Numbered from the stretch's first letter, positions 48,771 to 58,598 are shown. The stretch: 64,000 bases of DNA from Dehalococcoidia bacterium (GCA_963662615.2 CAXXSR010000001.1:480001-544000), one strand, 5' to 3'. Program-made: numbers and translations. Notes: a model not told the origin generated them from the sequence alone.

Positions 48771-51547
48771 CGACCGCGGATGCGCCCGCGACGACCGTGA
48801 CGCTCACAATCGACGGCGAAGCCCTGGCGGTGCCGGAGGGCAGCACGGTCCTGGATGCGGTGCTGCGAAACGACGGCAACTTCCCTCATCTCTGCAAGGA
48901 CCCCAACGGCCCGCCGCTGGGCGCCTGTCGCACTTGTCTGGTGGAGATCGATGGCACGCGCGGAATGCCGGCATCGTGCCACACGCCGGCGGCGGAGGGC
49001 ATGGTGGTGCGGACGACGGCGCCGGCGGTGGTCGCGGTGCGCAAGGGCGTGCTGGAGCTGACCCTGGCGATGCGCGACGCGTCGCAGACGGCGGAGCCGG
49101 ACTCGGAGTTGACGGTCAACGCCGCCTCCCACGCCGCCGATGCCCGTCGTTGGGACGGCAGCGCCAACACCCACCGCGATGACTCCAACCCCTTCTACCT
49201 CTTCGATGCGAGCGAGTGCATCCTTTGCGGGCGCTGCACGTCCGCCTGCAATGACCTGCAGAGCATCGGCGCGATCGGCATCGCCGGGACCGCCAAGGAG
49301 GCGCGCATCGCCCCGTTCGACGATGAACCGTTGAGCGAGTCCACCTGCACCTCTTGCGGCCAGTGCGTCGCCGCCTGCCCCACGGGCGCGCTGCGGCCGA
49401 AGCGCGCCGGCGCGCCGATCAAGACCGTCTCCACCGTTTGCCCCTACTGCGGCGTGGGCTGCGGCATCAAGGTCAGCGTCGACGCCGAGGAGCGGATTAT
49501 CCAAGTCGACGATGACCCCGACAACCGCTCCTCCGAGGGGCTGCTCTGCGTGAAGGGCCGCTTCGGCACCACCTTCGTCAACCACCCCGACCGGCTGACG
49601 ACGCCGCTGATCCGTCGCGCCGGCGAACTCCAGCCCGCTTCCTGGGACGAGGCGTTGGACCTCGTCGCCGACAAGTTCGTCGAGCACCGCGGCGCCTTCG
49701 GCGCCTTCTCCAGCGCCAAGGCCACCAACGAGGACAACTACATGATCCAGAAGTTCGTGCGCCTGTTGATGGGCACGAACAACATTGACCACTGCACGCG
49801 GCTGTGCCACGCGCCGTCAGTGGAGGCGATGCTGGCGCAGTTCGGCAGCGGCGCCACCTCCAACTCCTACACCGACTATGAGGACGCCGGCTGTCTCTTC
49901 ATCGTCGGCGCTGACCCCTCATCGAACCATCCGGTGGTGGCCAGCCGCATGCGTCGCGCCATTGAGGAGCGCGGCGTCAAGCTGATCGTGCTCAACCCCA
50001 AGCGCATCGAGATGTGCGACCACAGCGACCTCTGGCTGCGCGAGTTCCCCGGCACCGACGTGGCCGTGCTCAACGGCATGGCCCACGTCATCCTGGCGGA
50101 GGGGTTGGCGGACGAAGCGTTTATTCGTGATCGCACGGAGGGCTTCGAGGAGTGGCGCAGCGGCGTCGAACGGTACACGCCGGAGCACGCCTCCGAACTC
50201 TCCGGCGTCCCCGCCGAGCTGATCCGCCGGGCGGCGCGCCTCTACGCCGCTCCCGCCGGCGACGGCGCGCGCGAGGGGCGCAACGGCTCCTGCCTGGTCT
50301 GGGGCATGGGCGTCACCCAGCACACCAACGGACTGGCCAACTGCACGGCGCTGCTGAATCTCGCTCTCTTGGTTGGGCAGGTCGGCAGGGTGGGCAACGG
50401 CGTCTCGCCCTTGCGCGGCCAGAACAACGTGCAGGGCGCCGGCGACGCCGGCTGCATCCCCGACGCGCTCCCCGGCTACCAGCGCTACACGCCCGACGTG
50501 CTGGAGCGGTTTGAGGCCGCCTGGGGCGGTCCGCTCCCGGCCGAGGAGGGGCTGCGCGCCACCGACATGGTGGAGGCGATCGGTGAGGGGGCGGTCCGCT
50601 GCATGTACGTCGTGGGGGAGAATCCCGCCCTGACCGACCCCAACCTGGCCCACGCCACGAAGCTGCTGGAGAAGCTCGACTTCCTCGTCGTGCAGGACAT
50701 CTTCATGCACGAGACGGCGGATCTGGCCGACGTCGTCCTGCCCGCCGCCTCCTTCGCCGAGAAGGAGGGCACGTTCTGCAATAGTGAGCGACGGGTCCAG
50801 CGCGTCCGCCAGGCGATCCCGCCCATCGGCGGGAGCCGGCCCGACTGGGAGATCGTGCAGGATCTGGCGCCCCGCGTCGCGCAGCGGCTCGGCGTCTCGC
50901 TCCGAGGCTTCGACCACCCCGGCTCCGCCTCCATCTTCGACGAGATGGCGTCGCTGATGCCGATCGTCGCCGGCCTCTCGCATGCGCGCCTCGATCGGGA
51001 GGGCGGCATCCAGTGGCCCTGCCCCACGCCGGACCATCCCGGCTCGGCGCGGCTCTACGCCCAGGACTTTCCGCGCGGGCTGGGGAAGTTCATCGCCGTG
51101 GCGCAGACGGCCCCCAGCGCCGAGGAGCCCGACGAGCGCTACCCCTTCATTCTCAACACGGGCCGCGTCCTCTACACCTGGCACGGCGGCACCCTCACGC
51201 GCAGAGTCGAGGGGCTGGTGGAGAGCTTCCCCGAGCTGCGCGTCGCGCTGAACCCCAGTGACGCCGCCCGCCTGGAGATCGAGAACGAGGAGGCGATCTG
51301 GGTCGCCTCGCGGCGGGGCCGGCTAGAGGGCGTCGCCTTCGTCACGCAGGACGTGGCGCCGGGCTCCGTCTTCCTGCCCTTCACGCGCCTCAAGGAGAGC
51401 GCCGCCAACTGGCTGACCAACAACGTCTACGACGAGACCTCGCGCATCCCCGAGTTCAAGGTCTGCGCCGTCCGCATCGAGCGGGCGGGCGAGCCCACGG
51501 AGTGGCGGCGCGAGCGGCGGCGGGGCAAGCGGAAGCAGTACTGGTAG
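48767..51547 (+). CDS. fdhA: Formate dehydrogenase alpha subunit (Mo/W-bisPGD, Cys-ligated)
   Basis: N-terminal Fe-S motifs, CPYCGVGC, NNIDHCTRLCHAPS, PLRGQNNVQG and PEFKVCAV. Confidence 0.96.
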   Translation: MTTADAPATTVTLTIDGEALAVPEGSTVLDAVLRNDGNFPHLCKDPNGPPLGACRTCLVEIDGTRGMPASCHTPAAEGMVVRTTAPAVVAVRKGVLELTLAMRDASQTAEPDSELTVNAASHAADARRWDGSANTHRDDSNPFYLFDASECILCGRCTSACNDLQSIGAIGIAGTAKEARIAPFDDEPLSESTCTSCGQCVAACPTGALRPKRAGAPIKTVSTVCPYCGVGCGIKVSVDAEERIIQVDDDPDNRSSEGLLCVKGRFGTTFVNHPDRLTTPLIRRAGELQPASWDEALDLVADKFVEHRGAFGAFSSAKATNEDNYMIQKFVRLLMGTNNIDHCTRLCHAPSVEAMLAQFGSGATSNSYTDYEDAGCLFIVGADPSSNHPVVASRMRRAIEERGVKLIVLNPKRIEMCDHSDLWLREFPGTDVAVLNGMAHVILAEGLADEAFIRDRTEGFEEWRSGVERYTPEHASELSGVPAELIRRAARLYAAPAGDGAREGRNGSCLVWGMGVTQHTNGLANCTALLNLALLVGQVGRVGNGVSPLRGQNNVQGAGDAGCIPDALPGYQRYTPDVLERFEAAWGGPLPAEEGLRATDMVEAIGEGAVRCMYVVGENPALTDPNLAHATKLLEKLDFLVVQDIFMHETADLADVVLPAASFAEKEGTFCNSERRVQRVRQAIPPIGGSRPDWEIVQDLAPRVAQRLGVSLRGFDHPGSASIFDEMASLMPIVAGLSHARLDREGGIQWPCPTPDHPGSARLYAQDFPRGLGKFIAVAQTAPSAEEPDERYPFILNTGRVLYTWHGGTLTRRVEGLVESFPELRVALNPSDAARLEIENEEAIWVASRRGRLEGVAFVTQDVAPGSVFLPFTRLKESAANWLTNNVYDETSRIPEFKVCAVRIERAGEPTEWRRERRRGKRKQYW

Positions 51548-51676
51548 GGCGTGAGCATAAACGGCCGGAACGAATCGATTCACATGATCTAGGCTGGTTG
51601 CGCTGCGACAGCGTCGAGCGTCGTGGTGAGCGCACGGCGCGTTGGATAGGCGCAGCAGCGTTAGGGAGTGCAGGCC

Positions 51677-52021
51677 ATGGTGGACAGAGGCATCTGGACC
51701 ACTACTGACGAATTGCGGCCCGAAGACCTCGACGGACTGATGGGGTCAGTGCGGCTGGTTTGTATCACATTCAACGCGTACAGCGACTTGAAGAGAGCAC
51801 TCGGCAGCGACGAGACCGTCCAGAAACTCCTTGTGGAAAAGGCGACCGCCTTCGAGAAGCCCATCGCGGTCAACATCCCGATCGGGCAGGGTGCCTCTAA
51901 CACGGTCTTCATGTCGCCGGCTACCTGGACGGAGGAGAGGCTCAAAGGATGGGTTGGCACGTACAAGCCGCTCATCGATCACGCGTTCGGGGAGAGCGGG
52001 CGACCGGAGCGGCCGGGTTAG
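51677..52021 (+). CDS. Hypothetical protein in an inserted, lower-GC segment
   Basis: ORF with SD-like GGGAG upstream and globular composition; no family recognised. Confidence 0.5.
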   Translation: MVDRGIWTTTDELRPEDLDGLMGSVRLVCITFNAYSDLKRALGSDETVQKLLVEKATAFEKPIAVNIPIGQGASNTVFMSPATWTEERLKGWVGTYKPLIDHAFGESGRPERPG

Positions 52022-52194
52022 TGCCGGGCGCGGGTCGGCGCAAGGGGAAGCGGCGGCAGTACTGGTGGGTGCACACACTTCGTGACATATGATGGAAAGA
52101 GACAGCAGATAGACGGCCCTTCGGATTCACGTTCGACGTACCCCTAGCCCGAACACGCTCGGCCAGGTTCACGGACGAACTTGGTCATCGTTGG

Positions 52195-52229
52195 AAAACA
52201 AAATGGGCTCCCATTGCGGGGAGCCCATC
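52195..52229 (-). terminator. Rho-independent terminator
   Basis: ATGGGCTCCC-N6-GGGAGCCCAT hairpin with a T-rich tail on the minus strand, just after the ORF ending at 52252. Confidence 0.65.
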
Positions 52230-52251
52230 ACATGGCTGGCAATGCTCGTCC

Positions 52252-52674
52252 TTACAGTCGTTCGATCATCTTGACAACAAAGTCCGCGGCGGCACTACCA
52301 AGGCCGCTGAGCATAATTGCGCGCGGAGCGCTCGAGTTCTGACGTAATTCGGCGTGGTCTCCAAGGATATCGCCGTCGTCTTCAAAAGCAGGAACAACCT
52401 CGCAGATGCCGATTTCGCGTTCACCATCGGCATCACGAATGACTTCAAATCGGTGCCTATGCTCTTGGTTGTGAAAAAGGGCCGTGTGGCCACAATCATC
52501 TTGTAATACGCAAAATTCATGTGGCCGGGATGACATCTCAGGACGCCCCCGGCTTCCAACGCCGTCTTCGTTTGCGACCCATGGCCGCACCTCCTCATCA
52601 TGCGCACGCGCCCGATCTTCCGATCGAGCCTTATCCCTGCCCCCGTGGCAAAGTTCCACGTGCCCATGCCTCAA
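52252..52674 (-). CDS. Hypothetical protein (reading frame and start uncertain)
   Basis: Two overlapping minus-strand ORFs; this one ends just before a terminator. Confidence 0.3.
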   Translation of the reverse strand: MRHGHVELCHGGRDKARSEDRARAHDEEVRPWVANEDGVGSRGRPEMSSRPHEFCVLQDDCGHTALFHNQEHRHRFEVIRDADGEREIGICEVVPAFEDDGDILGDHAELRQNSSAPRAIMLSGLGSAAADFVVKMIERL

Positions 52675-52834
52675 GCATACCTGACTCCCTCAAGCTCGCA
52701 GTTGACACATCTCTTACGGAGGAGAGACAGACACACGCTTAACCTATTAGTGCTTGAGAGTAACCACACCACCCCGCCCTCGCGTCGTAAGCGGCGACCC
52801 GCTCGATTTCCGACGTATGACTCGCTGCCACTGA

Positions 52835-53284
52835 TCATGCCAGAGCCAGCACTGCCGCGAAGCGGACCGGCGAAACGATAGGAATGCCTGCGTACTCCTG
52901 CAGGGCCAGCAGGTGGCGATCTCCGGAGACGATGTAGTCAACCGCGCCGGCCACGGCCGCTTCCAAGACGCGATTGTCCGCGGGGTCGTCGCGGATGCCG
53001 TCGAGGTGTGACTGCGGCGTGACGACCGTCGCGCGTTCCCGCAGCGTCTCCGCGAAGGCGACCGTTTCCTGCTCGGAGTGCTTGTGGGCGCGTGCAACGT
53101 GCGGGCGCAAGAGCACGCGCTGCAGTTCGTCCAAGAGCGGCGGCGATGTGACCAAGACAAACGCGCCGCGGCGCCACGCGCGCAGGACGCGCCAGGGTGC
53201 ACCGCGCTCACTGATCACCGCGCTGACGAGGACGTTGGTATCGAGAACGGCGCGGATCGGAGTCGGCTCACGGTCAGCGGGCAC
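52835..53284 (-). CDS. PIN domain toxin (VapC-like)
   Basis: AVLDTNVLVSA, DDPADNRVLEAA and YIVSGDRHLL motifs. Confidence 0.93.
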   Translation of the reverse strand: MPADREPTPIRAVLDTNVLVSAVISERGAPWRVLRAWRRGAFVLVTSPPLLDELQRVLLRPHVARAHKHSEQETVAFAETLRERATVVTPQSHLDGIRDDPADNRVLEAAVAGAVDYIVSGDRHLLALQEYAGIPIVSPVRFAAVLALA

Positions 53285-53287
53285 GCG

Positions 53288-53575
53288 TCAGTCCGTGGCT
53301 GGGTACGGCCGCCCGCGGACCTCGGCGATGGCCCGCTCTATATCATGCTCAATCTCCTCGTAAGGAACGTCCGCCGTGGCCTTCTGCGCCCGCTCGATGA
53401 ACCCCCACAGGCGCTCCTCTTCACGTTGGAGGGCCTTGTAGCGCTCGACGGGAATCACGACCGCCATGGGCTTGCCCGCCCGCTCAATGACGACCTCGTC
53501 GCCGCGGTAGAAAACCCACTCAAGGAGTTCCCCCAGCCGCTTGCGCGCCTCTCCGGCCGAGACCTTCCGCTTCAT
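53288..53575 (-). CDS. Phd/YefM family antitoxin
   Basis: VSAGEARKRLGELLE..VVIERAGKPMAVVIP. Confidence 0.93.
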   Translation of the reverse strand: MKRKVSAGEARKRLGELLEWVFYRGDEVVIERAGKPMAVVIPVERYKALQREEERLWGFIERAQKATADVPYEEIEHDIERAIAEVRGRPYPATD

Positions 53576-53596
53576 CGCCGTTTCTGCCTATCAATT

Positions 53597-53619
53597 GATA
53601 TGACCATATGGATTATATC
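53597..53619. promoter_or_regulatory. Putative autoregulatory operator of the phd-PIN operon
   Basis: AT-rich palindrome ATATG-AC-CATAT (53598-53609) about 25 nt upstream of the antitoxin start. Confidence 0.4.
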
Positions 53620-53647
53620 GGTTCGTAGGGGAGCGTACGAGGCGGCT

Positions 53648-54421
53648 CTAGAGGCTCCTGGCGAATTTCTTCCCTGCGTCGAAGGCGACCACCCGCTCGA
53701 TGCCGGCGGCGTGGCAGGCGGCGGCGATGGCCGCCGCGCTGGGCTCGTTGAGCGCGGCCTGCGCGATCACGACCGCGAACTCGGCGGCCGGCGGGACCTG
53801 CTTGCGCCCGCCCTGCGGATGCGCCAGCACGGCGGCGATCAGGTCCGGCGTCAGCGGCTCGCCCGCCGTCGCGCCGGTGAGCGCCGTCACCCGCTCGGGC
53901 CGGTGCACGGCGCGCTCATCGAGGGGGCGGCCCAGCACCGTCACCGCTACGACGGCGAGCACGTGCGTCACCGCCTCCGGCAGCACCGGCTCGTGATCGG
54001 CGGGCGCCTTGAAGGCGCGCCCGGCGGCGCCGTCCGCCTCCACGCCCACCAGCTCCACCCCCTCCAGCGCCAGCGCCTGCCGCGGCCAGTCCGGCGCGAC
54101 CGCGCTGATGCGGCCGCGTTCGCCGCGGCCGCTGCCGACGATGATGGCGGCGTGGCCGCGGCGCTGCGCATCGTCGATGGCGGTGGCGCGCACGAGCGGA
54201 TTGGTCGCCAGCGCCAACGGCAGTTCAGACGCCTCGCGGGGGATCGTGAACTTGGTGGTGGTGGTCAGGACGCTGAAGCCGTGCCGGCCGGCGGGCGCCG
54301 CCGGGGCCCAGCGCTCTTGGGCGAGCGCGAAGAGCAGCGTCGTCTTGCCGCCCCCGCCCACCGTGGCGACTATCGCGGGTCCGTCGATCCCAATCGCATC
54401 ATGCAGCGGCTGTGAGGCCAT
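53648..54421 (-). CDS. yqeC: Selenium-dependent molybdenum hydroxylase accessory protein YqeC
   Basis: VGGGGKTT, LTTTTK, VEADGA..FKAPADHEPVLP, VHRPE and HPQG motifs. Confidence 0.92.
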   Translation of the reverse strand: MASQPLHDAIGIDGPAIVATVGGGGKTTLLFALAQERWAPAAPAGRHGFSVLTTTTKFTIPREASELPLALATNPLVRATAIDDAQRRGHAAIIVGSGRGERGRISAVAPDWPRQALALEGVELVGVEADGAAGRAFKAPADHEPVLPEAVTHVLAVVAVTVLGRPLDERAVHRPERVTALTGATAGEPLTPDLIAAVLAHPQGGRKQVPPAAEFAVVIAQAALNEPSAAAIAAACHAAGIERVVAFDAGKKFARSL

Positions 54422-54475
54422 CCCCGCGCATCGTACCGTTTCGAGACGCCGCATTGAGACGGATACACTGTCCGC

Positions 54476-55132
54476 GTGACGGAGCCTGAGTCTCCTCAAC
54501 CGTTCAGCGTCGCGATCCTGGCTGGGGGCTTCGGCACTCGCCTAGGCCAGGAGAAGGCGGGCGCGCTCGCGGCGGGCCGCCCGCTGCTGGAATGGACGGC
54601 GGAAGCGCTGGCAGGCTTGAGCGACGACCTCCTGGTCGTCCGCCGTGTTGACCAGACGCTGCCGCCCGCGCCGGCCGGCGTCACCTGGCGCGAGATCACC
54701 GATCGCCGCGCGCAGGCCGGGCCGCTGGCCGGCATTGAGGCCGCGCTGCAGGCGATCCGCCACGACGTCGTGGTGACGGTCGCCTGCGACATGCCGCTGA
54801 TCCGGCCGACGCTGGTCCGCGCGCTCGCCGCCGCCTGCGCCGATGTCGACGTGGTGATGCCGTACCTGGACGGGCGCGACCAGCCGCTCCTGGCGGCCTA
54901 CCGGCGCACCTGCCTTGCCACCATTGACGCGCAGCTCGCCGCGGGCGACGGTCGCATCCGCGCCATCGTGCCGAAGCTGCGCAGCCGCCGCCTGGAACGG
55001 CCGCAGCTGGAAGCGTTCGATCCTGATCTGATCTCCTTCACGAACATCAACTACCCCGCCGATCTGGAACGCGTCGCGACCGAGCTGACGCGTCGCGCGA
55101 CGGCGGGCGAGCGCGCGGAGGATGCACCATGA
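54476..55132 (+). CDS. mobA: Molybdenum cofactor guanylyltransferase
   Basis: ILAGGFGTRLGQEK, GPLAGI, ACDMP, QPLLAAY and NINYPAD motifs. Confidence 0.93.
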   Translation: MTEPESPQPFSVAILAGGFGTRLGQEKAGALAAGRPLLEWTAEALAGLSDDLLVVRRVDQTLPPAPAGVTWREITDRRAQAGPLAGIEAALQAIRHDVVVTVACDMPLIRPTLVRALAAACADVDVVMPYLDGRDQPLLAAYRRTCLATIDAQLAAGDGRIRAIVPKLRSRRLERPQLEAFDPDLISFTNINYPADLERVATELTRRATAGERAEDAP

Positions 55133-55338
55133 CGATCTACCGGCGGGTGTTGACGGGGCAGGTGGCGCCCGGCCAGCACGGCGACTTCCTGGCAGCGCTG
55201 GAAGCGGCGCTGGACTACCAGGCGCAGCGCGGGGTTGAAGCGCGCTTCGCCGTCTGGGACTCAATTACCGCCGTCTTCTCTAGAGCCACGAGTGCTCTCC
55301 AGCGACGGGTGAGCCACATCGCCGGGCGCGCGCCTTAG
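55129..55338 (+). CDS. Small hypothetical protein, possibly truncated
   Basis: ATGA overlap with the mobA stop; SD GGAGG. Confidence 0.4.
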   Translation: MTIYRRVLTGQVAPGQHGDFLAALEAALDYQAQRGVEARFAVWDSITAVFSRATSALQRRVSHIAGRAP

Positions 55339-56918
55339 CCGGACAGCGCCGCCGCCACGCGGTCTACATCGTCGGCCTCTGTGCCGGCGACGATCCAGGT
55401 CGCCGCGGGCGAGCGCTGGACCCAATAGGCGCGGTCGTCCCCCGCCCAGGAGATCACGGGACCCCCGTCGGCGAGGCCCGCCCGGCCGGAGCGCGCCTCC
55501 AACCAGCGCCCGAAGGCGTCGAAGAATTCGTCGCCTTCCGCCACGCTGTCCCAGCGGAGGTTCCAGGCCAGCAGCTCGGCGCCGTTGGCGCTGCGATAGG
55601 CGGCGGCCCGATCGCCGCCCCAGCCGTCCGCCCCTCGCGCGGCCGAACTGTCGCCAAGCTCGTCGTCCAGCAACACGCGCAGGAAGAATTCGCCCAACGT
55701 GTCCGTGAGGATGAGCGACCAATCAGGACCCAACACACCGCCCAAGTCGGGATCGGCGACGGCGAGCGGCGGCTCGCGGGTGGCTAGCTTGGGCAGATGC
55801 AGCAGCTGCTCGGTGGAATCCGGTGGGTCGGCCAGGAGCGCGTCAATGAAGGCGGCGCCGCGCTCGTCCCGCAGCCTCGCGACGGCGTTCACCCCCTCTT
55901 GGTAGGGCGCATTGAAGATCCGTCGCAGGACGAAGGGCACGGCCGCGCTCACCCCCGGCAGCCGGTCCAGGGCGGGCTCCAGGCCCCCAACGACCTCCGC
56001 CTCCAGGTCCGCGAAAAGCGCCTCCGTCAGCCGTGCATCCCCCTCCACAATGAAGCGAAACGCCAGCCCCCTGTCCGAGTTGTCGTCGAACGCGTCGAAC
56101 GTTCCCTCCAGATCGAAGTGCTGGTCCTGCAAGGCATGGACGAACTCATGCGTGACGGTGTCAATGTCGCGGCGGGCGATGTGGTCGTTGCCGCTGACGA
56201 TGACGAACGACTTGATGTCGGGGTCGTAGAAGCCCAGCACGGCGCCGACGTACAGATCTTCCAGCAGCGGGATCAGCTCGCTGTCGGCGCGGAACACGCC
56301 CAGCAGCTGGAAGAGGGTTTCGGTGAAATCCGCTTCCAGCAGATCGTCCGGCTCATAGGAGTCGCGGAAGTATTCGGCCAAGTTGGAGCGACGGATGAGA
56401 TAGACGGGCACGTCGGCGAGGAGCGGCAGCCCCCGCCGCTCGCCCACCACCTCACCAATGCGACGGAGCAGCTCTACGTCCTAGTCGGCGGTCAGCTCAA
56501 TCAACAGGTCGCGACGGAGAACGCCCCAGTCCACCTCGGTCGGCGCATCGCCGTCGTCTTCTTCGGGCAGCTCCAGCGGCGGCTCAACGGACGCTTCGTC
56601 GGGCCCGGCGGGCGCGGGCGCCGCTGCGGGCGCCGCTGCGGGCGCCGCTGCGGCCGTCTCCGCCTCGCTACCTGATGACGGCGTTCTTGCTTCCTCGCCT
56701 TCGGCCGTCGTTGCGCCGCCATCGTTCGGCTCCGGCGCGGCGGCGGGCGCGCCCTCGACTTCCGCGGGTGCCGGCGTGCTGGCTTCCTGAGCCGCCGGCG
56801 GCGACGGATCGTCGCTGCCTCCGCCGCAGGCGGCCACGAAGATCGCGAGGGCGCCCATCAGGACGCCCATCAGGATGAGGGACGGGTGGCGTGGGTGGAG
56901 GTGAACGCGTTCGCGCAT
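55335..56918 (-). pseudogene. Lipoprotein with HExxH zinc-peptidase-like domain, interrupted by in-frame TAG at 56481-56483
   Basis: Lipobox VAAC; ELTAD-TAG-DVELLRRIGEVVGERRGL continues in frame to LGFYDP, HEFVHALQDQHF, EGDA, PDSTEQ and GWGGD. Confidence 0.8.
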
Positions 56919-57009
56919 GATGCAGCCGTTCCGCACGTATACTCAGCGTAGTACGGCGTCTGGGACTGCGAAGGCGGTGGGCCCGTGCGCGGGACGACGG
57001 GGGGCGCCT

Positions 57010-57300
57010 GTGGTGTCGGTTGACCCGGCCAAGGCGGAGGCGTATCGCGCCGCCTGGGAGGCATGGCAGAAACAGTTGCAGACGCTGCACCGCGTCTTTC
57101 TGGAGGGCGAGCCCATGGGGGCGCCCCAGCTCAAGGGCCTGCTGAACCGGGAAGCCCGCGCCAAGGCGCGCTACGACGAGGCCAGGCTCAAGCTGCTGGG
57201 CATCCCGGCCGGGGCCGCTTCCGGCGACGCCGCGGCCGTGGCGGCGCCCGGGCCACCCGGCCCCGCTGCCTCGGCGTCAAGAGCCGGAGGCGCGCCCTAG
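57010..57300 (+). CDS. Small helical hypothetical protein
   Basis: YRAAWEAWQKQLQTLHRVFLEG..KGLLNREARAKARYDEAR; fills the intergenic gap. Confidence 0.55.
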   Translation: MVSVDPAKAEAYRAAWEAWQKQLQTLHRVFLEGEPMGAPQLKGLLNREARAKARYDEARLKLLGIPAGAASGDAAAVAAPGPPGPAASASRAGGAP

Positions 57301-58118
57301 ACGCCGGCGTCGTCCAGCAGCGGACGGGCGATCACGACCAAGCGTTGACAGCCCACATTGCAACTGCGGCAGGTGATCAACGTGAGCTGTTCGCCGTCGG
57401 TCGCCGCCATGATCTCGACCGCCGTCGGCTCCACGAAACGGATCTCGCGGACCACGTACTCGCTCAAGCCCGCGTCCGTGTAAAGCTCCACGCGGTCGCC
57501 CAACTCCATCTGCTGCAGGTCCCGAAAAACGTGCCCGCCGCGACCGTCGCGGGTACCCACGTGGCCGGCCAGCACCACGTTGCCGCCCTCGCCGGGGTTG
57601 ACGCCGCGGTACTGTCCCACCACGTGATTCGGCGCTTCGTAGCGCAGTTCCCCGTCCTGCCGAGCGATGCCGACCTGCGCCACTGCGGAGTCCAGGGAGA
57701 TGCGCGGAATCACGATCCGCTCAACGGCCCCCGGCCGCTCGATCGCGTCCTCTTCCTCGACCAGGGGGGTGGCCCGCGCCGCCAGCGTAAAGGTCAGGAC
57801 CGTGGGCTCCGCCTGCGTGGCGGGCAGGACCGGCACGCCATCCTCACGGGGGAGTTCGGCGACCGCCACGGGGCCCGAGACGGCGCGGGTCTGAATCGGT
57901 GGGGGCGGCGCCAACTCGGCGGGCTCGGCCGGGGGCGCACTCAGCCCAATCATGACCAGGAGCAGGCCGGCGATCGCCGCGCCGCCCGGCAGCAGATACC
58001 CGCGCAGCGGGGCCATGTCGCGCCTCCATGCCGTCGCCGCCACCCCTGTGGCGGGTTCCCTCGCTCGCTCCTCCGCGTTAATTGTCGTCAGAGCCGGTCC
58101 ACAAATTGACCCTTCCAA
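57297..58118 (-). CDS. Sortase, class F/D-like (start uncertain)
   Basis: TM anchor, PGEGGNVVLAGHV and LTLITC..RLVV (His-Cys-Arg triad). Confidence 0.9.
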   Translation of the reverse strand: MEGSICGPALTTINAEERAREPATGVAATAWRRDMAPLRGYLLPGGAAIAGLLLVMIGLSAPPAEPAELAPPPPIQTRAVSGPVAVAELPREDGVPVLPATQAEPTVLTFTLAARATPLVEEEDAIERPGAVERIVIPRISLDSAVAQVGIARQDGELRYEAPNHVVGQYRGVNPGEGGNVVLAGHVGTRDGRGGHVFRDLQQMELGDRVELYTDAGLSEYVVREIRFVEPTAVEIMAATDGEQLTLITCRSCNVGCQRLVVIARPLLDDAGV

Positions 58119-58135
58119 AAGGCCGGGCCTAGACT
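58106..58135 (+). promoter_or_regulatory. Sigma70 promoter for the 58161-60426 operon
   Basis: TTGACC-18 bp-TAGACT, followed by SD GGAGGT and GTG at 58161. Confidence 0.6.
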
Positions 58136-58160
58136 GGCGCTGAACACGGAGGTCGCGCTG

Positions 58161-58598
58161 GTGGACGATTTCGGGGTCGATCTTGACGAGATCGCCCGCG
58201 TTATCGAGCGCGCCGACGTCTTGGTCATGCGCTTCCAGGTCATTGAGAAGCGACTACTGGTTGACTTTCGCACCTCTGAGGCGGAGGGCCCGCTGATCAA
58301 GGCGGTGCCGCCTGCCTCTTCGGTTGAGGAGCGCTTCCGCAGCTTGAAGGCGCTGCGCCCCGACTTTCCCCTCCCGGAACGGATCCTCTCGTTCATGTGG
58401 CCCCGCGGGCTCGGCTCCTTCCAGGAGGCCGGCCTCCTGGACATGCTGCAGAAACGGCTCATCTCCGTTGGCTCGGAGGCCGTGGATGGGGCGGTGCGAG
58501 AGAGCTACGCGGAGTTGCTGGCGGAGGAGCGTGAGACCGTCCGCGCCGCCATTCGCGGGGGAGAAGGCTTTCAGACCATCTGGGAACGGGGCACATGA
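58161..58598 (+). CDS. Hypothetical protein
   Basis: Good SD, globular composition, translationally coupled to ltaE. Confidence 0.75.
   Translation: MDDFGVDLDEIARVIERADVLVMRFQVIEKRLLVDFRTSEAEGPLIKAVPPASSVEERFRSLKALRPDFPLPERILSFMWPRGLGSFQEAGLLDMLQKRLISVGSEAVDGAVRESYAELLAEERETVRAAIRGGEGFQTIWERGT

Noticed and set aside
49790-49815. Selenocysteine in the formate dehydrogenase active site
   Set aside because: The codon is TGC (RLCH), so the enzyme is Cys-type.
56481-56483. Pyrrolysine or genome-wide stop codon reassignment
   Set aside because: TAG and TGA terminate many well-conserved genes here (fdhA, phoU and pstB end in TAG; hicA and ltaE end in TGA), and no pyl genes are present.
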